NCBI RefSeq assembly: GCF_964355755.1
Contig: NC_092680.1
Coordinates: 11,036,001-11,100,000 of the forward strand
Length of the DNA stretch: 64,000 bases
Reading direction: 5' to 3'
Source: Antedon mediterranea
Lineage: Eukaryota > Animalia > Echinodermata
In this document: piece by piece, positions 15,001 to 30,000 of the stretch
Layout of the letters: every line of letters begins with the position of its first letter
Position numbering within the stretch: the stretch's first letter is position 1
Program-made: the position numbers and the translations under genes
The notes under the pieces: model-generated
What the model was told of the DNA's origin: nothing
Database searches by the model: none
Seen by the model: the letters and a program-made list of their open reading frames with translations, nothing else

Positions 15001-18000
15001 GTTTCATCGAAAATCACAACATGGTCTAAAACGTCTCCAAATGCGATTTGAAGCTTTTCTAAGCACTTTGGTGTTTTTATGTTAACAAGTTTTTTCGAAA
15101 ATCACAAAATGGTCTAAAACGTCTCCAAATGCGATTTGAAGCTCTTCTGTACACTTTGATGTTTTGTTTGAAAAAGTTTTGTCGAAATTCTTAAAATGGT
15201 CTAAAACGTTTTTAAATACGATATTAAGCTGTTTTGTGCACTTTGATGATTTGTGTAAAAAGTTTTAACGAAATGCTCAAAATGGTCTAAAACGGTTTCT
15301 AATGTGATTTTAAGCACTTTGATGTTTTTGTGTAACCAAGTTTTTTCGAAAATCACAAAATAGTCTAAAACGTCTCCAAATGCGATTTGAAGCTATTCTG
15401 TACACTTTTATGTTTTGTGTGAAAAAGTTTTGTCGAAATGCTCAAAATGGTCTAAAACGTTTTTAAATACGATATTAAGCTATTTTGTGATCTTTGATGT
15501 TTTTGTGTGAAAAGTTTTATCGAAATGCTCAAAATGGTCTAAAACGGTTTCTATTGTGATTTTAAGCACTTTGATGATTTTGTGTAACCAAGTTTCATCG
15601 AAATGTACAAAATGGTCTAAAACGTCTCCAAATGCGATTTGAAGCTATTCTAAGTACTTTTGTGTTTTTATGTTAACAAGTTTTTTCGAAAATCACAAAA
15701 TGGTCTAAAACGTCTTCAAATGCGATTTGAAGCTATTCTGTACACTTTGATGTTTTGTGTGAAAAAGTTTTGTCGAAATGCTCAAAATGGTCTAAAAGGT
15801 TTTTAAAACGATATTAAGCTATTTTGTGCTCTTTGATGTTTTTGTGTAACCAAGTTTCATCGAAAATCACAACATGGTCTAAAACGTCTTCAAATGCGAT
15901 TTGAAGCTATTCTGTACACTTTGATGTTTTGTGTGAAAAAGTTTTGTCGAAATGCTCAAAATGGTCTAAAAGGTTTTTAAAACGATATTAAGCTATTTTG
16001 TGCTCTTTGATGTTTTTGTGTAACCAAGTTTCATCGAAAATCACAAAATGGTCTAAAACGTTTTTAAAACGATATTAAGCTATTTTGTGCTCTTTGATGT
16101 TTTTGTGTAACCAAGTTTCATCGAAATCAACAAAATGGTCTAATACGTCTTCAAATGCGATTTGAAGCTATTCTGTACACTTTGATGTTTTGTGTGAAAA
16201 AGTTTTGTCGAAATGCTCAAAATGGTCTAAAACGTTTTTAAATACGATATAAAGCTATTTTGTGATCTTTGATGTTTTTGTGTGAAAAGTTTTATCGAAA
16301 TGCTCAAAATGGTCTAAAACGTCTCCAAATGCGATTTGAAGCTATTCTGTACACTTTGATGTTTTGTGTGAAAAAGTTTTGTCGAAATGCTCAAAATGGT
16401 CTAAAACGTTTTTAAATACGATATTAAGCTATTTTGTGATCTTTGATGTTTTTGTGTGAAAAGTTTTATCGAAATGCTCAAAATGGTCTAAAACGGTTTC
16501 TATTGTGATTTTAAGCACTTTGATGATTTTGTGTAACCAAGTTTCATCGAAATGTACAAAATGGTCTAAAACGTCTCCAAATGCGATTTGAAGCTATTCT
16601 AAGTACTTTTGTGTTTTTATGTTAACAAGTTTTTTCGAAAATCACAAAATGGTCTAAAACGTCTTCAAATGCGATTTGAAGCTATTCTGTACACTTTGAT
16701 GTTTTGTGTGAAAAAGATTTGTCGATATGCTCAAAATGGTCTAAAACGTTTTTAAATACGATATTAAGCTGTTTTGTGCACTTTAATGATTTGTGTGAAA
16801 AGTTTTACGAAATGCTCAAAATGGTCTAAAACGGTTTCTAATGTGATTTTAAGCACTTTGATGTTTTTGTGTAACCAAGTTTTTTCGAAAATCACAAAAT
16901 GGTCTAAAACGTCTCCAAATGCGATTTCAAGCTTTTCTAAGCACTTTGGTGTTTTTATGTTAACAAGTTTTTTCGAAAATCACAAAATGGTCTAAAACGT
17001 CTCCAAATGCGATTTGAGGATATTCTAAGCACTTTGGTGTTTCTATGTTAAAAAGTTTTTTCGAAAATCACAAAATGGTCTAAACGTCTCCAAATGCGAT
17101 TTGAAGCTATTCTGTACACTTTGATGTTTTGTGTGAAAAAGTTTTGTCGAAATGCTCAAAATGGTCTAAAACGTTTTTAAAACGATATTAAGCTATTTTG
17201 TGCTCTTTGATGTTTTTGTGTAACCAAGTTTCATCGAAATCAACAAAATGGTCTAATACGTCTCCAAATGCGATTTGAAGTTTTTCCAAGCACTTTGCTG
17301 TTTTTATGTTAACAAGTTTTTTCGAAAATCACAAAATGGTCTAAAACGTCTTCAAATGCGATTTGAAGCTATTCTGTACACTTTGATGTTTTGTGTGAAA
17401 AAGTTTTGTCGAAATGCTCAAAATGGTCTAAAACGTTTTTAAATACGATATAAAGCTATTTTGTGATCTTTGATGTTTTTGTGTGAAAAGTTTTATCGAA
17501 ATGCTCAAAATGGTCTAAAACGGTTTCTAATGCGATTTGAAGCTATTCTGTACCCTTTGAAGTTTTTTGTGAAAAAGTTTTCTCGAAATGCTCAAAATGG
17601 TCTAAAAAGTTTTTATATACCATATTAAGCTATTTTGTGCACTTTGATGTTTTTTGTGAAAAGTTTTATCGAAATGCTCAAAATGGTCTAAAACGGTTTC
17701 TATTGGGATTTTAAGCACTTTGATGATTTTGTGTAACCAAGTTTCATCGAAATGTACAAAATGGTCTAAAACGTCTCCAAATGCGATTTGAAGCTATTCT
17801 AAGTACTTTTGTGTTTTTATGTTAACAAGTTTTTTCGAAAATCACAAAATGGTCTAAAACGTCTTCAAATGCGATTTGAAGCTATTCTGTACACTTTTAT
17901 GTTTTGTGTGAAAAAGTTTTGTCGAAATTCTCAAAATGGTCTAAAACGTTTTTAAATACGATATTAAGCTGTTTTGTGCACTTTGATGATTTGTGTGAAA

Positions 18001-21000
18001 AGTTTTAACGAAATGCTCAAAATGGTCAAAAACGGTTTCTAATGTGATTTTAAGCACTTTGATGTTTTTGTGTAACCAAGTTTTTTCAAAAATCACAAAA
18101 TGGTCTAAAACGTCTCCAAATGCGATTTGAAGCTTTTCTAAGCACTTTGGTGTTTTTATGTTAACAAGTTTTTTCGAAAATCACAAAATGGTCTAAAACG
18201 TCTCCAAATGCGATTTGAAGATATTCTGAGCACTTTGGTGTTTTTATGTTAAAAAGTTTTTTCGAAAATCACAAAATAGTCTAAAACGTCTCCAAATGCG
18301 ATTTGAAGCTATTCTGTACACTTTGATGTTTTGTGTGAAAAAGTTTTGTCGAAATGCTCAAAATGGTCTAAAACGTTTTTAAAACGATATTAAGCTATTT
18401 TGTGCTCTTTGATGTTTTTGTGTAACCAAGTTTCATCGAAAATCACAAAATGGTCTAAAACGTCTCAAAATGCGATTTGAAGCTTTTCTAAGCACTTTGG
18501 TGTTTTTATGTTAACAAGTTTTTTCGAAAATCACGAAATGGTCTAAAATGTCTCCAAATGCGATTTGAAGATATTCTGAGCACTTTGGTGTTTTTATGTT
18601 AAAAAGTTTTTTCGAAAATCACAAAATGGTCTAAAACGTCTCCAAATGCGATTTGAAGCTATTCTAAGTACTTTTGTGTTTTTATGTTAACAAGTTTTTT
18701 CGAAAATCACAAAATGGTCTAAAACGTCTTCAAATGCGATTTGAAGCTATTCTGTACACTTTGATGTTTTGTGTGAAAAAGTTTTGTCAAAATGCTCAAA
18801 ATGGTCTAAAACGTTTTTAAAACGATATTAAGCTATTTTGTGCTCTTTGATGTTTTTGTGTAACCAAGTTTCATCGAAAATCACAACATGGTCTAAAACG
18901 TCTCCAAATGCGATTTGAAGCTTTTCTAAGCACTTTGGTGTTTTTATGTTAACAAGTTTTTTCGAAAATCACAAAATGGTCTAAAACGTCTCCAAATGCG
19001 ATTTGAAGCTCTTCTGTACACTTTGATGTTTTGTTTGAAAAAGTTTTGTCGAAATTCTCAAAATGGTCTAAAACGTTTTTAAATACGATATTAAGCTGTT
19101 TTGTGCACTTTGATGATTTGTGTGAAAAGTTTTAACGAAATGCTCAAAATGGTCTAAAACGGTTTCTAATGTGATTTTAAGCACTTTGATGTTTTTGTGT
19201 AACCAAGTTTTTTCGAAAATCACAAAATAGTCTAAAACGTCTCCAAATGCGATTTGAAGCTATTCTGTACACTTTTATGTTTTGTGTGAAAAAGTTTTGT
19301 CGAAATGCTCAAAATGGTCTAAAACGTTTTAATATACCATATTAAGCTATTTTGTGCACTTTGATGTTTTTTGTGAAAAGTTTTATCGAAATCCTCAAAA
19401 TGGTCTAAAACGGTTTCTATTGTGATTTTAAGCACTTTGATGATTTTGTGTAACCAAGTTTCATCGAAATGTACAAAATGGTCTAAAACGTCTCCAAATG
19501 CGATTTGAAGCTATTCTAAGTACTTTTGTGTTTTTATGTTAACAAGTTTTTTTTTAAATCACAAAATGGTCTAAAACGTCTTCAAATGCGATTTGAAGCT
19601 ATTCTGTACACTTTGATGTTTTGTGTGAAAAAGTTTTGTCGAAATGCTCAAAATGGTCTAAAACGTTTTTAAATACGATATTAAGCTATTTTGTGATCTT
19701 TGATGTTTTTGTGTGAAAAGTTTTATCGAAATGCTCAAAATGGTCTAAAACGGTTTCTATTGTGATTTTAAGCACTTTGATGATTTTGTGTAACCAAGTT
19801 TCATCGAAATGTACAAAATGGTCTAAAACGTCTCCAAATGCGATTTGAAGCTATTCTAAGTACTTTTGTGTTTTTATGTTAACAAGTTTTTTCGAAAATC
19901 ACAAAATGGTCTAAAACGTCTTCAAATGCGATTTGAAGCTATTCTGTACACTTTGATGTTTTGTGTGAAAAAGTTTTGTCGAAATGCTCAAAATGGTCTA
20001 AAACGTTTTTAAATACGATATTAAGCTATTTTGTGCTCTTTGATGTTTTTGTGTAACCAAGTTTCATCGAAAATCACAAAATGGTCTAAAACGTCTTCAA
20101 ATGCGATTTGAAGCTATTCTGTACACTTTGATGTTTTGTGTGAAAAAGTTTTGTCAAAATGCTCAAAATGGTCTAAAACGTTTTTAAAACGATATTAAGC
20201 TATTTTGTGCTCTTTGATGTTTTTGTGTAACCAAGTTTCATTGAAAATCACAAAATGGTCTAAAACGTCTCCAAATGCGATTTGAAGCTTTTCTAAGCAC
20301 TTTGGTGTTTTTATGTTAACAAGTTTTTTCGAAAATCACGAAATGGTCTAAAATGTCTCCAAATGCGATTTGAAGATATTCTGAGCACTTAGATGTTTTT
20401 GTGTGAAAAGTTTTATCGAAATGCTCAAAATGGTCTAAAACGGTTTCTAATGCGATTTGAAGCTATTCTGTACACTTTGAAGTTTTTTGTGAAAAAGTTT
20501 TCTCGAAATGCTCAAAATGGTCTAAAACGTTTTTATATACCATATTAAGCTATTTTGTGCACTTTTATGTTTTGTGTGAAAAAGTTTTGTCGAAATTCTC
20601 AAAATGGTCTAAAACGTTTTTAAATACGATATTAAGCTGTTTTGTGCACTTTGATGATTTGTGTGAAAAGTTTTAACGAAATGCTCAAAATGGTCAAAAA
20701 CGGTTTCTAATGTGATTTTAAGCACTTTGATGTTTTTGTGTAACCAAGTTTTTTCAAAAATCACAAAATGGTCTAAAACGTCTCCAAATGCGATTTGAAG
20801 CTTTTCTAAGCACTTTTGTGTTTTTATGTTAACAAGTTTTTTCGAAAATCACAAAATGGTCTAAAACGTCTTCAAATGCGATTTGAAGCTATTCTGTACA
20901 CTTTGATGTTTTGTGTGAAAAAGATTTGTCGATATGCTCAAAATGGTCTAAAACGTTTTTAAATACGATATTAAGCTGTTTTGTGCACTTTAATGATTTG

Positions 21001-24000
21001 TGTGAAAAGTTTTACGAAATGCTCAAAATGGTCTAAAACGGTTTCTAATGTGATTTTAAGCACTTTGATGTTTTTGTGTAACCAAGTTTTTTCAAAAATC
21101 ACAAAATGGTCTAAAACGTCTCCAAATGCGATTTGAAGCTTTTCTAAGCACTTTGGTGTTTTTATGTTAACAAGTTTTTTCGAAAATCACAAAATGGTCT
21201 AAAACGTCTCCAAATGCGATTTGAAGCTATTCTGTACACTTTGATGTTTTGTGTGAAAAAGTTTTGTCGAAATGCTCAAAATGGTCTAAAACATTTTTAA
21301 ATACGATATTAAGCTATTTTGTGATCTTTGATGTTTTTGTGTGAAAAGTTTTATCGAAATGCTCAAAATGGTCTAAAACGGTTTCTATTGTGATTTTAAG
21401 CACTTTGATGATTTTGTGTAACCAAGTTTCATCGAAATGTACAAAATGGTCTAAAACGTCTCCAAATGCGATTTGAAGCTATTCTAAGTACTTTTGTGTT
21501 TTTATGTTAACAAGTTTTGTCGAAAATCACAAAATGGTCTAAAACGTCTTCAAATGCGATTTGAAGCTATTCTGTACACTTTGATGTTTTGTGTGAAAAA
21601 GTTTTGTCAAAATGCTCAAAATGGTCTAAAACGTTTTTAAAACGATATTAAGCTATTTTGTGCTCTTTGATGTTTTTGTGTAACCAAGTTTCATCGAAAA
21701 TCACAACATGGTATAAAACGTCTCCAAATGCGATTTGAAGCTTTTCTAAGCACTTTGGTGTTTTTATGTTAACAAGTTTTTTCGAAAATCACAAAATGGT
21801 CTAAAACGTCTCCAAATGCGATTTGAAGCTTTTCTAAGCACTTTGGTGTTTTTATGTTAACAAGTTTTTTCGAAAATCTTGAAATGGTCTAAAATGTCTC
21901 CAAATGCGATTTGAAGATATTCTGAGCACTTTGGTGTTTTTATGTTAAAAAGTTTTTTCGAAAATCACAAAATGGTCTAAAACGTCTCCAAATGCGATTT
22001 GAAGCTCTTCTGTACACTTTGATGTTTTGTGTGAAAAAGATTTGTCGATATGCTCAAAATGGTCTAAAACGTTTTTAAATACGATATTAAGCTGTTTTGT
22101 GCACTTTAATGATTTGTGTGAAAAGTTTTACGAAATGCTCAAAATGGTCTAAAACGGTTTCTAATGTGATTTTAAGCACTTTGATGTTTTTGTGTAACCA
22201 AGTTTCATCGAAAATCACAACATGGTATAAAACGTCTCCAAATGCGATTTGAAGCTTTTCTAAGCACTTTGGTGTTTTTATGTTAACAAGTTTTTTCGAA
22301 AATCACAAAATGGTCTAAAACGTCTCCAAATGCGATTTGAAGCTTTTCTAAGCACTTTGGTGTTTTTATGTTAACAAGTTTTTTCGAAAATCTTGAAATG
22401 GTCTAAAATGTCTCCAAATGCGATTTGAAGATATTCTGAGCACTTTGGTGTTTTTATGTTAAAAAGTTTTTTCGAAAATCACAAAATGGTCTAAAACGTC
22501 TCCAAATGCGATTTGAAGCTCTTCTGTACACTTTGATGTTTTGTGTGAAAAAGATTTGTCGATATGCTCAAAATGGTCTAAAACGTTTTTAAATACGATA
22601 TTAAGCTGTTTTGTGCACTTTAATGATTTGTGTGAAAAGTTTTACGAAATGCTCAAAATGGTCTAAAACGGTTTCTAATGTGATTTTAAGCACTTTGATG
22701 TTTTTGTGTAACCAAGTTTTTTCGAAAATCACAAAATGGTCTAAAACGTCTCCAAATGCGATTTCAAGCTTTTCTAAGCACTTTGGTGTTTTTATGTTAA
22801 CAAGTTTTTTCGAAAATCACAAAATGGTCTAAAACGTCTCCAAATGCGATTTGAAGCTTTTCTAAGCACTTTGGTGTTTTTATGTTAACAAGTTTTTTCG
22901 AAAATCTTGAAATGGTCTAAAATGTCTCCAAATGCTATTTGAAGATATTCTGAGCACTTTGGTGTTTTTATGTTAAAAAGTTTTTTCGAAAATCACAAAA
23001 TGGTCTAAAACGTCTCCAAATGCGATTTGAAGCTCTTCTGTACACTTTGATGTTTTGTGTGAAAAAGATTTGTCGATATGCTCAAAATGGTCTAAAACGT
23101 TTTTAAATACGATATTAAGCTGTTTTGTGCACTTTAATGATTTGTGTGAAAAGTTTTACGAAATGCTCAAAATGGTCTAAAACGGTTTCTAATGTGATTT
23201 TAAGCACTTTGATGTTTTTGTGTAACCAAGTTTTTTCGAAAATCACAAAATGGTCTAAAACGTCTCCAAATGCGATTTCAAGCTTTTCTAAGCACTTTGG
23301 TGTTTTTATGTTAACAAGTTTTTTCGAAAATCACAAAATGGTCTAAAACGTCTCCAAATGCGATTTGAGGATATTCTGAGCACTTTGGTGTTTTTATGTT
23401 AAAAAGTTTTTTCGAAAATCACAAAATGGTCTAAAACGTCTCCAAATGCGATTTGAAGCTATTCTGTACACTTTGATGTTTTGTGTGAAAAAGTTTTGTC
23501 GAAATGCTCAAAATGGTCTAAAACGTTTTTAAAACGATATTAAGCTATTTTGTGCTCTTTGATGTTTTTGTGTAACCAAGTTTCATCGAAATCAACAAAA
23601 TGGTCTAATACGTCTCCAAATGCGATTTGAAGTTTTTCCAAGCACTTTGCTGTTTTTATGTTAACAAGTTTTTTCGAAAATCACAAAATGGTCTAAAACG
23701 TCTTCAAATGCGATTTGAAGCTATTCTGTACACTTTGATGTTTTGTGTGAAAAAGTTTTGTCGAAATGCTCAAAATGGTCTAAAACGTTTTTAAATACGA
23801 TATAAAGCTATTTTGTGATCTTTGATGTTTTTGTGTGAAAAGTTTTATCGAAATGCTCAAAATGGTCTAAAACGGTTTCTAATGCGATTTGAAGCTATTC
23901 TGTACCCTTTGAAGTTTTTTGTGAAAAAGTTTTCTCGAAATGCTCAAAATGGTCTAAAAAGTTTTTATATACCATATTAAGCTATTTTGTGCACTTTGAT

Positions 24001-27000
24001 GTTTTTTGTGAAAAGTTTTATCGAAATGCTCAAAATGGTCTAAAACGGTTTCTATTGGGATTTTAAGCACTTTGATGATTTTGTGTAACCAAGTTTCATC
24101 GAAATGTACAAAATGGTCTAAAACGTCTCCAAATGCGATTTGAAGCTATTCTAAGTACTTTTGTGTTTTTATGTTAACAAGTTTTTTCGAAAATCACAAA
24201 ATGGTCTAAAACGTCTTCAAATGCGATTTGAAGCTATTCTGTAACACTTTTATGTTTTGTGTGAAAAAGTTTTGTCGAAATTCTCAAAATGGTCTAAAAC
24301 GTTTTTAAATACGATATTAAGATGTTTTGTGCACTTTGATGATTTGTGTGAAAAGTTTTAACGAAATGCTCAAAATGGTCAAAAACGGTTTCTAATGTGA
24401 TTTTAAGCACTTTGATGTTTTTGTGTAACCAAGTTTTTTCAAAAATCACAAAATGGTCTAAAACGTCTCCAAATGCGATTTGAAGCTTTTCTAAGCACTT
24501 TGGTGTTTTTATGTTAACAAGTTTTTTCGAAAATCACAAAATGGTCTAAAACGTCTCCAAATGCGATTTGAAGATATTCTGAGCACTTTGGTGTTTTTAT
24601 GTTAAAAAGTTTTTTTCGAAAATCACAAAATAGTCTAAAACGTCTCCAAATGCGATTTGAAGCTATTCTGTACACTTTGATGTTTTGTGTGAAAAAGTTT
24701 TGTCGAAATGCTCAAAATGGTCTAAAACGTTTTTAAAACGATATTATTAAGCTATTTTGTGCTCTTTGATGTTTTTGTGTAACCAAGTTTCATCGAAAAT
24801 CACAAAATGGTCTAAAACGTCTCAAAATGCGATTTGAAGCTTTTCTAAGCACTTTGGTGTTTTTATGTTAACAAGTTTTTTCGAAAATCACGAAATGGTC
24901 TAAAATGTCTCCAAATGCGATTTGAAGATATTCTGAGCACTTTGGTGTTTTTATGTTAAAAAGTTTTATCGAAAATCACAAAATGGTCTAAAACGTCTCC
25001 AAATGCGATTTGAAGCTCTTCTGTACACTTTGATGTTTTGTGTGAAAAAGTTTTGTCGAAATGCTCAAAATGGTCTAAAACGTTTTTAAATACGATATTA
25101 AGCTGTTTTGTGCACTTTGATGATTTGTGTGAAAAGTTTTAACGAAATGCTCAAAATGGTCTAAAACGGTTTCTAATGTGATTTTAAGCACTTTGATGTT
25201 TTTGTGTAACCAAGTTTTATCGAAAATCACAAAATAGTCTAAAACGTCTCCAAATGCGATTTGAAGCTTTTCTAAGCACTTTGGTGTTTTTATGTTAACA
25301 AGTTTTTTCGAAAATCACAAAATGGTCTAAAACGTCTCCAAATGCGATTTGAGGATATTCTGAGCACTTTGGTGTTTTTTTGTTAAAAAGTTTTTTCGAA
25401 AATCACAAAATGGTCTAAAACGTCTCCAAATGCGATTTGAAGCTATTCTGTACACTTTGATGTTTTGTGTGAAAAAGTTTTGTCGAAATGCTCAAAATGG
25501 TCTAAAACATTTTTAAATACGATATTAAGCTATTTTGTGATCTTTGATGTTTTTGTGTGAAAAGTTTTATCGAAATGCTCAAAATGGTCTAAAACGGTTT
25601 CTATTGTGATTTTAAGCACTTTGATGATTTTGTGTAACCAAGTTTCATCGAAATGTACAAAATGGTCTAAAACGTCTCCAAATGCGATTTGAAGCTATTC
25701 TAAGTACTTTTGTGTTTTTATGTTAACAAGTTTTTTCGAAAATCACAAAATGGTCTAAAACGTCTTCAAATGCGATTTGAAGCTATTCTGTACACTTTGA
25801 TGTTTTGTTTTAAAAAGTTTTGTCAAAATGCTCAAAATGGTCTAAAACGTTTTTAAAACGATATTAAGTTATTTTGTGCTCTTTGATGTTTTTGTGTAAC
25901 CAAGTTTCATCGAAAATCACAAAATGGTCTAAAACGTCTCCAAATGCGATTTGAAGCTTTTCTAAGCACTTTGGTGTTTTTATGTTAACAAGTTTTTTCG
26001 AAAATCACAAAATGGTCTAAAACGTCTCCAAATGCGATTTGAAGCTCTTCTGTACACTTTGATGTTTTGTGTGAAAAAGTTTTGTCGAAATTTTCAAAAT
26101 GGTCTAAAACGTTTTTAAATACAATATTAAGCTGTTTTGTGCACTTTGATGATTTGTGTGAAAAGTTTTAACGAAATGCTCAAAATGGTCTAAAACGGTT
26201 TCTAATGTGATTTTAAGCACTTTGATGTTTTTGTGTAACCAAGTTTTTTCGAAAATCACAAAATAGTCTAAAACGTCTCCAAATGCGATTTGAAGCTTTT
26301 CTAAGCACTTTGGTGTTTTTATGTTAACAAGTTTTTTCGAAAATCACAAAATGGTCTAAAACGTCTCCAAATGCGATTTGAGGATATTCTGAGCACTTTG
26401 GTGTTTTTTTGTTAAAAAGTTTTTTCGAAAATCACAAAATGGTCTAAAACGTCTCCAAATGCGATTTGAAGCTATTCTGTACACTTTGATGTTTTGTGTG
26501 AAAAATTTTTGTCGAAATGCTCAAAATGGTCTAAAACGTTTTTAAATACGATATTAAGCTATTTTGTGATCTTTGATGTTTTTGTGTGAAAAGTTTTATC
26601 GAAATGCTCAAAATGGTCTAAAACGGTTTCTATTGTGATTTTAAGCACTTTGATGATTTTGTGTAACCAAGTTTCATCGAAATGTACAAAATGGTCTAAA
26701 ACGTCTCCAAATGCGATTTGAAGCTATTCTAAGTACTTTTGTGTTTTTATGTTAACAAGTTTTTTCGAAAATCACAAAATGGTCTAAAACGTCTTCAAAT
26801 GCGATTTGAAGCTATTCTGTACACTTTGATGTTTTGTGTGAAAAAGTTTTGTCAAAATGCTCAAAATGGTCTAAAACGTTTTTAAAACGATATTAAGCTA
26901 TTTTGTGCTCTTTGATGTTTTTGTGTAACCAAGTTTCATCGAAAATCACAAAATGGTCTAAAACGTCTCCAAATGCGATTTGAAGCTTTTCTAAGCACTT

Positions 27001-30000
27001 TGGTGTTTTTATGTTAACAAGTTTTTTCGAAAATCACAAAATGGTCTAAAACGTCTCCAAATGCGATTTGAAGCTCTTCTGTACACTTTGATGTTTTGTG
27101 TGAAAAAGTTTTCTCGAAATTCTCAAAATGGTCTAAAACGTTTTTAAATACGATATTAAGCTGTTTTGTGCACTTTGATGATTTGTGTGAAAAGTTTTAA
27201 CGAAATGCTCAAAATGGTCAAAAACGGTTTCTAATGTGATTTTAAGCACTTTGATGTTTTTGTGTAACCAAGTTTTTTCGAAAATCACAAAATGGTCTAA
27301 AACGTCTCCAAATGCGATTTGAGGATATTCTGAGCACTTTGGTGTTTTTATGTTAAAAAGTTTTTTCGAAAATCACAAAATGGTCTAAAACGTCTCAAAA
27401 TGCGATTTGAAGCTATTCTGTACACTTTGATGTTTTGTGTGAAAAAGTTTTGTCGAAATGCTCAAAATGGTCTAAAACGTTTTTAAAACGATATTAAGCT
27501 ATTTTGTGCTCTTTGATGTTTTTGTGTAACCAAGTTTCATCGAAATCAACAAAATGGTCTAATACGTCTCCAAATGCGATTTGAAGCTTTTCCAAGCACT
27601 TTGCTGTTTTTATGTTAACAAGTTTTTTCGAAAATCACAAAATAGTCTAAAACGTCTCCAAATGCGATTTGAAGCTTTTCTAAGCACTTTGGTGTTTTTA
27701 TGTTAACAAGTTTTTTCGAAAATCACAAAATGGTCTAAAACGTCTCCAAATGCGATTTGAAGCTCTTCTGTACACTTTGATGTTTTGTGTGAAAAAGTTT
27801 TGTCGAAATTCTCAAAATGGTCTAAAACGTTTTTAAATACGATATTAAGCTGTTTTGTGCACTTTGATGATTTGTGTGAAAAGTTTTAACGAAATGCTCA
27901 AAATGGTCAAAAACGGTTTCTAATGTGATTTTAAGCACTTTGATGTTTTTGTGTAACCAAGTTTTTTCAAAAATTTCAAAATGGTCTAAAACGTCTCCAA
28001 ATGCGATTTGAAGCTTTTCTAAGCACTTTGGTGTTTTTATGTAACCAAGTCTCATCGAAATGTACAAAATGGTCTAAAACGTCTCCAAATGCGATTTGAA
28101 GCTATTCTAAGTACTTTTGTGTTTTTATGTTAACAAGTTTTTTCGAAAATCACAAAATGGTCTAAAACGTCTTCAAATGCGATTTGAAGCTATTCTGTAA
28201 ACTTTGATGTTTTGTGTGAAAAAGTTTTGTCGAAATGCTCAAAATGGTCTAAAACGTTTTTAAATACGATATTAAGCTATTTTGTGATCTTTGATGTTTT
28301 TGTGTGAAAAGTTTTATCACAATGCTCAAAATGGTCTGAAACGGTTTCTAATGCGATTTGAAGCTATTCTGTACACTTTGAAGTTTTGTGTGAAAAAGTT
28401 TTCTCGAAATGCTCAAAATGGTCTAAATCGTTTTTATATACCATATTAAGCTATTCTGTACACTTTGATGTTTTGTGTGAAAAAGTTTTGTCAAAATGCT
28501 CAAAATGGTCTAAAACGTTTTTAAAACGATATTAAGCTATTTTGTGCTCTTTGATGATTTTGTGTAACCAAGTTTCATCGAAATGTACAAAATGGTCTAA
28601 AACGTCTCCAAATGCGATTTGAAGCTATTCTAAGTACTTTGGTGTTTTTATGTTAACAAGTTTTTTCGAAAATCACAAAATGGTCTAAAACGTCTTCAAA
28701 TGCGATTTGAAGCTATTCTGTACACTTTTATGTTTTGTGTGAAAAAGTTTTGTCGAAATGCTCAAAATGGTCTAAAACGTTTTAATATACCATATTAAGC
28801 TATTTTGTGCACTTTGATGTTTTTTGTGAAAAGTTTTATCGAAATGCTCAAAATGGTCTAAAACGGTTTCTATTGTGATTTTAAGCACTTTGATGATTTT
28901 GTGTAACCAAGTTTCATCGAAATGTACAAAATGGTCTAAAACGTCTCCAAATGCGATTTGAAGCTATTCTAAGTACTTTTGTGTTTTTATGTTAACAAGT
29001 TTTTTTTTAAATCACAAAATGGTCTAAAACGTCTTCAAATGCGATTTGAAGCTATTCTGTACACTTTGATGTTTTGTGTGAAAAAGTTTTGTCGAAATGC
29101 TCAAAATGGTCTAAAACGTTTTTAAATACGATATTAAGCTATTTTGTGATCTTTGATGTTTTTGTGTGAAAAGTTTTATCAAAATGCTCAAAATGGTCTA
29201 AAACGGTTTCTATTGTGATTTTAAGCACTTTGATGATTTTGTGTAACCAAGTTTCATCGAAATGTACAAAATGGTCTAAAACGTCTCCAAATGCGATTTG
29301 AAGCTATTCTAAGTACTTTTGTGTTTTTATGTTAACAAGTTTTTTCGAAAATCACAAAATGGTCTAAAACGTCTTCAAATGCGATTTGAAGCTATTCTGT
29401 ACACTTTGATGTTTTGTGTGAAAAAGTTTTGTCGAAATGCTCAAAATGGTCTAAAACGTTTTTAAATACGATATTAAGCTATTTTGTGCTCTTTGATGTT
29501 TTTGTGTAACCAAGTTTCATCGAAAATCACAAAATGGTCTAAAACGTCTTCAAATGCGATTTGAAGCTATTCTGTACACTTTGATGTTTTGTGTGAAAAA
29601 GTTTTGTCAAAATGCTCAAAATGGTCTAAAACGTTTTTAAAACGATATTAAGCTATTTTGTGCTCTTTGATGTTTTTGTGTAACCAAGTTTCATCGAAAA
29701 TCGCAAAATGGTCTAAAACGTCTCCAAATTCGATTTGAAGCTTTTCTAAGCACTTTGGTGTTTTTATGTTAACAAGTTTTTTCGAAAATCACGAAATGGT
29801 CTAAAATGTCTCCAAATGCGATTTGAAGATATTCTGAGCACTTAGATGTTTTTGTGTGAAAAGTTTTATCGAAATGCTCAAAATGGTCTAAAACGGTTTC
29901 TAATGCGATTTGAAGCTATTCTGTACACTTTGAAGTTTTTTGTGAAAAAGTTTTCTCGAAATGCTCAAAATGGTCTAAAACGTTTTTATATACCATATTA